A DNA stretch of 20,000 nucleotides. Source: an uncultured virus (IMG/VR IMGVR_UViG_3300031857_000107). Lineage: Duplodnaviria > Heunggongvirae > Uroviricota > Caudoviricetes. The translations under genes were made by a program, and so were the position numbers. Below are positions 8,763 to 13,240 of this stretch, in pieces. Below the pieces are notes generated by a model. That model did no database searches, was not told the origin of the DNA, and saw nothing but the letters and a program-made list of their open reading frames with translations. Each line of letters starts with the position of its first letter. Positions within the stretch are counted from its first letter, which is position 1. The stretch is taken from the IMG/VR virus record IMGVR_UViG_3300031857_000107; one strand, written 5' to 3'.

Positions 8763-8790
8763 TTGACAATCGGCGAAAACATGGTAGATT
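8763..8790 (+). promoter_or_regulatory. Sigma70-like promoter for the tRNA/ncRNA operon
   Basis: TTGACA-N16-TAGATT with TGn extension; shares CCCCCTTGACA...GTAGATTGT...CGTTCTTT with the promoter at 9357. Confidence 0.75.
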
Positions 8791-8810
8791 GTCAACGTTC
8801 TTTCAATAAT

Positions 8811-8885
8811 GCGTTCGTAGCTCAACGGTAGAGCATCGGCCTTTTAAGCCGGTGGTTGTGGATTCGAATTCCACCGGACGCACCA
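8811..8885 (+). tRNA. trnK: tRNA-Lys(UUU)
   Basis: Canonical cloverleaf, anticodon loop CTTTTAA, TTCGAAT T loop, CCA. Confidence 0.95.
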
Positions 8886-8907
8886 TTTTTTTCAGTTCTT
8901 TTAAATT

Positions 8908-8980
8908 TTAAGCAGTGGAGTCACTCACAATATAATGTGTGTTATTTTTGTGAGATAGGAATTCGTTCCTCGCTGCTTAA
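8908..8980 (+). ncRNA. Candidate structured RNA (73-nt three-way junction)
   Basis: Closing stem TTAAGCAGTG/CGCTGCTTAA; hairpins CTCACAA..TTGTGAG and AGGAA-TTCG-TTCCT. Confidence 0.55.
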
Positions 8981-8986
8981 TCCTTT

Positions 8987-9060
8987 TAAGTAAGATAGTA
9001 GATTTAATATTTTGATGCGAGTATTAAATTCGAAAGTAATTGGTATTACAATCTTACTTA
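8987..9060 (+). ncRNA. Candidate structured RNA (74-nt three-way junction)
   Basis: Perfect closing stem TAAGTAAGAT/ATCTTACTTA; hairpins ATTTAATATT/AGTATTAAAT and GTAAT-TGGT-ATTAC. Confidence 0.55.
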
Positions 9061-9094
9061 GTTCTTTTAAAATTTAATATGTAGTAGTTTCTAT

Positions 9095-9167
9095 GGGCCG
9101 TTAGCATAATGGTTTGTGCAGCGAACTCATAATTCGTCGGTTGCTGGTTCAAGTCCAGCACGGCCCA
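9095..9167 (+). tRNA. tRNA with CAU anticodon, likely Ile2 (lysidine type), otherwise elongator Met; no encoded CCA
   Basis: Acceptor GGGCCGT/ACGGCCC (paired G1-C72, so not initiator; C4-G69 and C5-G68 as in TilS substrates), loop CTCATAA, T arm GCTGG-TTCAAGT-CCAGC. Confidence 0.88.
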
Positions 9168-9191
9168 CAGAGACTATTGCGTATTTATTAT

Positions 9192-9263
9192 AGTCCAATA
9201 ACTCAACGGTAGAGTAAACTCTTTATAAGGGTGAAGTTGCGGGTTCGAATCCCGCTTGGACTA
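9192..9263 (+). tRNA. trnI: tRNA-Ile(UAU); no encoded CCA
   Basis: Acceptor AGTCCAA/TTGGACT, D arm ACTC/GAGT, loop TTTATAA on a 4-bp stem ACTC/GGGT, T arm GCGGG-TTCGAAT-CCCGC. Confidence 0.82.
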
Positions 9264-9269
9264 TGATAC

Positions 9270-9344
9270 GGTCCATTCGTCTAGTGGTTAGGACAGTAGG
9301 TTTTCAACCTATTAACAAGAGTTCGATTCTCTTATGGACTACCA
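9270..9344 (+). tRNA. trnE: tRNA-Glu(UUC)
   Basis: GGTCCAT/ATGGACT acceptor, GTAGG-TTTTCAA-CCTAT anticodon arm, CCA. Confidence 0.93.
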
Positions 9345-9356
9345 AATTTTTCCCCC

Positions 9357-9385
9357 TTGACAGGGGCCATAATCTCTAGTAGATT
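9357..9385 (+). promoter_or_regulatory. Sigma70-like promoter for the tRNA-Leu/ncRNA operon
   Basis: TTGACA-N17-TAGATT, followed by CGTTCTTT. Confidence 0.75.
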
Positions 9386-9402
9386 GTGCGCGTTCTTTAA
9401 AT

Positions 9403-9478
9403 GGGTGCATAGACCAGCGGAAGAGTCAACAGACTTAAAATCTGTCAAGCGATGGTTCGAATCCATCTGCACCTACCA
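9403..9478 (+). tRNA. trnL: tRNA-Leu(UAA) with short variable loop
   Basis: GGGTGCA/TGCACCT acceptor, ACAGA-CTTAAAA-TCTGT anticodon arm, 5-nt variable region CAAGC, A73, CCA. Confidence 0.9.
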
Positions 9479-9497
9479 CTTTTGTTCTTTTACATTT

Positions 9498-9587
9498 TCT
9501 TTTTCAATATGAATCCCCCGGCTTCCAAGAGCGAACCCATGATAACAGACTTGGAAAATCTGTTACGGAATGGTTCTGAGAAAAAGA
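9498..9587 (+). ncRNA. Candidate structured RNA with kissing loops
   Basis: Closing TCTTTTTC/GAAAAAGA; TTCCAAG (9523-9529) is complementary to loop CTTGGAA (9550-9556) of the TAACAGA/TCTGTTA hairpin. Confidence 0.55.
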
Positions 9588-9588
9588 T

Positions 9589-9618
9589 TACAGCTTAGGA
9601 GTCATGACCTAAGCTGTA
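9589..9618. repeat. Perfect 11-bp inverted repeat with self-complementary loop
   Basis: TACAGCTTAGG-AGTCATGA-CCTAAGCTGTA. Confidence 0.8.
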
Positions 9619-9622
9619 TAAA

Positions 9623-9818
9623 TTTTGCAGCAATGAGGGCAGTCGTCTACATAAGACGTAGTTTGGGGTAGCCAGTGAAAAGCCTCTCGGAAAGGATCTG
9701 GTACAAATTGGGGCGGAGATCAAATTAAAAAAATAGTGCTTTTCGAACTATTTGAATTGATTGAAGCGGATGCCTAGTTGGGAACACATCAAACAACTGA
9801 TCGACCTGATCTGCAAAA
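9623..9818 (+). ncRNA. Candidate ~196-nt multi-stem RNA with pseudoknot
   Basis: Closing TTTTGCAG/CTGCAAAA, four internal stems, and TGAAAAGC/GCTTTTCG long-range complementarity. Confidence 0.6.
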
Positions 9819-9824
9819 AACATA

Positions 9825-9891
9825 CAGTGCGCCCAAGTGATCTTGTTTTGAGTCGCTTTACACTGAGACAACAATGGGCTGAATTTTACTG
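9825..9891 (+). ncRNA. Candidate interrupted-hairpin RNA
   Basis: Nested CAGT/ACTG, GCCCA/TGGGC and TTGTTTT(G)AGT/ACTGAGACAA stems. Confidence 0.4.
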
Positions 9892-9913
9892 AAATTTAGT
9901 TCTTTTATAATTT

Positions 9914-10039
9914 TATTCGATGTCAGCAAGCTCATGATGCTGAAGATAGAGTTGATAATTGCAAGTATCAATGTCGTCGTGGAGAGTGAGTGGGTTCATA
10001 AAAATCCTTCGTGATTTCCCCCTAAACCAACATCGAATA
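9914..10039 (+). ncRNA. Candidate 126-nt four-way-junction RNA
   Basis: Perfect closing TATTCGATGT/ACATCGAATA; arms CAGCA/TGCTG, TTGATA/TATCAA and GGAGA..GGGTT/AATCC..TTTCC. Confidence 0.6.
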
Positions 10040-10043
10040 TATT

Positions 10044-10105
10044 TTTCGCTAGAAGGACAAGGGGCTTCATGCCCCGTTCTGTAAAAAGACTTACTTCTAG
10101 TGGGA
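10044..10105 (+). ncRNA. Candidate 62-nt three-way-junction RNA
   Basis: 12-bp closing TTTCGCTAGAAG/CTTCTAGTGGGA (with G-U pairs), GGGGC-TTCAT-GCCCC hairpin and a short TCT/AGA hairpin. Confidence 0.5.
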
Positions 10106-10111
10106 TTTAAT

Positions 10112-10139
10112 TTGACAATACTATAATAGAGTATAAGAT
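10112..10139 (+). promoter_or_regulatory. Sigma70-like promoter for tRNA-Arg/Asn
   Basis: TTGACA-N16-TAAGAT. Confidence 0.6.
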
Positions 10140-10154
10140 AGTTGTAGATTTTAC

Positions 10155-10232
10155 GTTCCCGTAGCTCAGTTGGATTAGAGCAAAAGCCTTCTAAGCTTTC
10201 GGTCACAGGTTCGAATCCTGTCGGGAACGCCA
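10155..10232 (+). tRNA. trnR: tRNA-Arg(UCU)
   Basis: GTTCCCG/CGGGAAC acceptor, AAAGC-CTTCTAA-GCTTT anticodon arm, CCA. Confidence 0.95.
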
Positions 10233-10239
10233 ATTTAAC

Positions 10240-10314
10240 TCCAGAGTATTTCAACGGTAGAAAAGCGCACTGTTAATGCGCGGGTTGAAGGTTCGAATCC
10301 TTCCTCTGGAGCCA
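10240..10314 (+). tRNA. trnN: tRNA-Asn(GUU)
   Basis: TCCAGAG/CTCTGGA acceptor, GCGCA-CTGTTAA-TGCGC anticodon arm, G73, CCA. Confidence 0.95.
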
Positions 10315-10319
10315 CTTTT

Positions 10320-11213
10320 TCAATACATCTTAAATCCACTCAAGTCTACTTCATTAACTTTATATCCACTACTTAATGAAGATATTGTATTATTTACTTC
10401 GTTTATATAACTAGGAATATTTGTTGCCAAGCCAGCCATAGCTCCAAGTGTCATATACCAGCCGCCGATCAATACAACTTCATTATTAATAATAGTAGAA
10501 ACAATATTGCCGCTGTCGCCGCCAATTAATGCTTCGAAATATTGCGCTCTGTTAGGATCTTTTGAAATATTTATTAAGGTATTATTTGATCCGTAAGTAG
10601 TATTAAGTAAACCATTTTCTCCAATTAAAGCTTTTCTTTCTTGATCAGAATACAATATTGGAAAATTAATTTTATTTGCGTCAAAGTATTTAAGATAGTT
10701 AGCTGGCAATACATTATATATTTTTAGTGAAGCATCGACTTCTCTATCAAGTTCACCAATTAAAATATCAGTATTTGCTACTCGCTTTGTTTTCATGACA
10801 TTATAAACAAGTGATACATCTTTATTGTTAATAAAGAAAATCATGAATGGCGATTGCGAATAAGGCACATGATTCGCCAACAAAACGTGCTTCTTAGTTA
10901 TAAGTGTTCCGCCGCCAACTCCACCAAGAGGAACGACAGCAGCGGCATATCCAGTTAGATCAAGACTTTTTGCCCAACAATTAGTATTTCTGGGCCAATT
11001 ATAAGGATTAGCATAAGGTGTTAATATATTCTTTTCTTTCTTATCTTTAATTAAATTATCGAAGTTAGAAGAAATATGAGAAAATAGATCTAATTTATTT
11101 GTGGTTATAGATTTTGGTTTGGGCGCATCATTTAAAGCTTCGTTCTTAGCTTCTGCGATTATTTTTTGAATTAAAATTGTGTGATCTGCGAGTAGTTGTT
11201 CTAGGGTTGTCAT
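10320..11213 (-). CDS. Trypsin-like serine protease
   Basis: GGGTLITKKHVLLANH (His), TDILIG (Asp) and GGDSG (Ser). Start likely MTTLEQ at 11213, since the longer start overlaps the divergent promoter. Confidence 0.82.
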   Translation of the reverse strand: MTTLEQLLADHTILIQKIIAEAKNEALNDAPKPKSITTNKLDLFSHISSNFDNLIKDKKEKNILTPYANPYNWPRNTNCWAKSLDLTGYAAAVVPLGGVGGGTLITKKHVLLANHVPYSQSPFMIFFINNKDVSLVYNVMKTKRVANTDILIGELDREVDASLKIYNVLPANYLKYFDANKINFPILYSDQERKALIGENGLLNTTYGSNNTLINISKDPNRAQYFEALIGGDSGNIVSTIINNEVVLIGGWYMTLGAMAGLATNIPSYINEVNNTISSLSSGYKVNEVDLSGFKMY

Positions 11214-11242
11214 ACATATTTTCTTACACCGAAAAATGCCGC

Positions 11243-11271
11243 TTGACAAGGGAAAATTTTTCTGCCATCAT
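11243..11271 (+). promoter_or_regulatory. Sigma70-like promoter of the small-gene operon
   Basis: TTGACA-N17-CATCAT with TGn extension, 11 nt before the ATG. Confidence 0.6.
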
Positions 11272-11282
11272 GTTCGCACGAT

Positions 11283-11630
11283 ATGAAAATAGTAATTAAT
11301 AAAAAATACGGCGGCTTTGGCCTTAGCGAAGAAGCTGTTCTATTATATGGTGATAAAAAAGGGCTTAACATCATAGCCCAACAAGATGAAAAAATAAAAA
11401 CCATCATTCATTATTATTTAGACGAAAAGAAAGATGGAAATCAATTCGGTGAGTGGGAGATTGAAAGAAATGATCCAGTTCTTGTAGAAGTTGTCGAGCA
11501 TCTTGGTGATTTAGCAAATGGACGTTATTCTAAATTAAAGGTTGTTGAAGTACCTGATGATATTAAATGGTATATTCACGATTATGATGGCGTAGAAGAA
11601 GTGCATGAAGAGCATAGAAAGTGGATTTAA
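11283..11630 (+). CDS. Conserved phage hypothetical protein, paralog of 4374..4670
   Basis: MKIVINKKYGGFGLS...RNDPVLV...LKVVEVPDD...YDGVEEVHEEHRKW. Confidence 0.85.
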   Translation: MKIVINKKYGGFGLSEEAVLLYGDKKGLNIIAQQDEKIKTIIHYYLDEKKDGNQFGEWEIERNDPVLVEVVEHLGDLANGRYSKLKVVEVPDDIKWYIHDYDGVEEVHEEHRKWI

Positions 11631-11632
11631 TT

Positions 11633-11863
11633 ATGAAATACAGAAAAAAACCTGTAGTTATTGAAGCAACGCAATGGTTCAAGCATGGAGACCATCCAAT
11701 GGTACAATCTAATTCACCAGATTCAAAAAGTGGATGGATTGCTACATTAGAGGGAGGACATATTGTTTCTCCCGGCGACTATATTATCAAAGGCGTTAAA
11801 GGAGAACATTATCCTTGCAAACCTGATATCTTTCATGCTACTTATGAGAAAGTGGAAGAATAA
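11633..11863 (+). CDS. Conserved phage protein (YRKKPVVIEA / PGDY type)
   Basis: MKYRKKPVVIEA...TLEG...PGDYIIKGVKGEHYPCKPDIFHATYE. Confidence 0.85.
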   Translation: MKYRKKPVVIEATQWFKHGDHPMVQSNSPDSKSGWIATLEGGHIVSPGDYIIKGVKGEHYPCKPDIFHATYEKVEE

Positions 11864-11864
11864 T

Positions 11865-12044
11865 ATGGAAAAATTCGATAAATTTATTCACACTGATATA
11901 CTTGGCAAAAAACATGAAGTAACATACACTGGAACTCGACGCATAGTTAAAGATTGCGAGTTTGAGTTTTTTGTAGATGATAAAGGAGATAGTTGTTTTT
12001 TTACTGATACAGAAGTGAAGAAGATGGAAAGGATAGAAGAATGA
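11865..12044 (+). CDS. Hypothetical protein
   Basis: ATG 1 nt after the upstream stop (MEKFDKF...). Confidence 0.65.
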   Translation: MEKFDKFIHTDILGKKHEVTYTGTRRIVKDCEFEFFVDDKGDSCFFTDTEVKKMERIEE

Positions 12045-12247
12045 ACGATGTCGCACTCTCTAATCTTTATTCCCATGCTAGTGGAGCTTATAACGAAGCC
12101 AAAGACGCACAAGACTTAATAATAATGATGAACGTATTGCATCTTAGACTTGAGCATAATATGGCATATCATAAGATTGCAAAAAGATGTGGTATTAAAG
12201 TGAATAAGGTGAAGTTGATTTTATTTAATTATGAATCCAGATCCTAA
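12041..12247 (+). CDS. Small HTH-like protein
   Basis: MAYHKIAKRCGIKVNKVKLIL resembles a helix-turn-helix. Confidence 0.6.
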   Translation: MNDVALSNLYSHASGAYNEAKDAQDLIIMMNVLHLRLEHNMAYHKIAKRCGIKVNKVKLILFNYESRS

Positions 12248-12515
12248 TTTGTGGAGAGAAATCCCTCAAGAAGTCAAGGACGCAGCCCTGCTCCTTGGAA
12301 ATTATTTCAAGAAACAAGGTATTGACGATTGGGACTTGTATGATGTATCTTCGCGTCAGAATTTCAATGGAGCCTACAACCAAGGGCTAGACACTGCAAT
12401 CAGCCTCGTTAGTGAGGGCAGCGACATGGAAACTATCATTTGCGGATTAGAAAATAGTAAAAAACAATTCTCAAATGAAGGCGGCGATGGTATTGATTAT
12501 ACAAAGAGTTTTTAA
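12231..12515 (+). CDS. Hypothetical protein
   Basis: 94-aa ORF in the operon. Confidence 0.7.
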   Translation: MNPDPNLWREIPQEVKDAALLLGNYFKKQGIDDWDLYDVSSRQNFNGAYNQGLDTAISLVSEGSDMETIICGLENSKKQFSNEGGDGIDYTKSF

Positions 12516-12517
12516 AT

Positions 12518-12784
12518 ATGAAATACAAAGTAACATACTACGATTACGATAGCGATAGCTATCTAACAAAAGACCTATATTGGATGGCATCTTACAGAGG
12601 ATCATTTGATTTTGTTCCTGTTAGTGATGGGCCAAAGGAGAACTGGAAAGGTTTTTCTATAAGTGGTTCTGGAGTCAATGTATTTTACAACGACAAAGGT
12701 ATGAATATTACTGTGGATGGTTTTCAAGAAATGAAGAGCGGCGGCTATGGTAAAACTACGACTTTTATTCAGGGAGTGATATGA
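12518..12784 (+). CDS. Hypothetical protein
   Basis: 88-aa ORF in the operon. Confidence 0.7.
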   Translation: MKYKVTYYDYDSDSYLTKDLYWMASYRGSFDFVPVSDGPKENWKGFSISGSGVNVFYNDKGMNITVDGFQEMKSGGYGKTTTFIQGVI

Positions 12785-12836
12785 GTAAAGTTATTCTAGT
12801 TATGGTTTGCGCTTTAGAAAATAGTAAAAAAAGAAT

Positions 12837-12941
12837 ATGAAATACCCAAGTTACTGCTGCCAGAAGTGCGGCGAATTAATTGGATGGATGGGAAGATTTA
12901 TGTTTCCATTTTTACATAAATGTAAGTGCAAAAAGAAATAA
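12837..12941 (+). CDS. Cys-rich micro-protein (34 aa, not in ORF track)
   Basis: MKYPSYCCQKCGELIGWMGRFMFPFLHKCKCKKK*; CxxC...HxC; ATGA-coupled start. Confidence 0.55.
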   Translation: MKYPSYCCQKCGELIGWMGRFMFPFLHKCKCKKK

Positions 12942-12950
12942 ATAAAAAAC

Positions 12951-13235
12951 ATGGATAATACCTCAAAGAAAAAAATCTACTGCATCAATATTGATGGTGA
13001 CTATGGAGAGCTTTGGCTAGGACATGACAAAGAACCATTGGCTCACGTTCACTCAAACGACGCTGATTTCAACGAAGAATATCAAAGATTTATTTTTGAT
13101 TATCTTGGTGTTGAATTGATTTGCGAAACATTTTATATTAAAAGCGAAAAAACAATGGATAAACTATATGATTCTAGCGGCGATGAAAAGGCAATTGCTA
13201 AGATTCTAAAAAAGCAAATTGCTGAGTTGCCTTAA
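12951..13235 (+). CDS. Hypothetical protein
   Basis: 94-aa ORF. Confidence 0.7.
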   Translation: MDNTSKKKIYCINIDGDYGELWLGHDKEPLAHVHSNDADFNEEYQRFIFDYLGVELICETFYIKSEKTMDKLYDSSGDEKAIAKILKKQIAELP

Positions 13236-13240
13236 TTTAT

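Noticed and set aside
8640..8825. Minus-strand 61-aa ORF
   Set aside because: It is antisense to tRNA-Thr and a promoter.
8987..9060. Hammerhead ribozyme (three stems plus CGAAA)
   Set aside because: There is no CUGANGA core and no U-H cleavage site after the third stem.
9192..9263. Ochre suppressor reading (UUA anticodon) or genetic-code reassignment
   Set aside because: The stem register only supports loop TTTATAA (UAU). ORFs are intact in code 11 with TAA, TGA and TAG stops.
9827..9880. Group II intron 5' end (GTGCGCCC)
   Set aside because: No domain V/VI or RT ORF downstream, and no interrupted gene.
8797..9908. CRISPR array from recurring GTTCTTT motifs
   Set aside because: The repeats are only 7-11 nt, irregularly spaced, and there are no cas genes.
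9480..10110. tmRNA, RNase P RNA or a known riboswitch
   Set aside because: No tRNA-Ala-like ends or tag reading frame, no GAGGAAAGUCC, no recognisable aptamer consensus and no downstream CDS. An Rfam search is still needed.
9913..10254. Minus-strand 113-aa ORF
   Set aside because: It is antisense to tRNA-Arg and the structured modules (FPTGFEPVT is a typical reverse-tRNA translation), so it is spurious.
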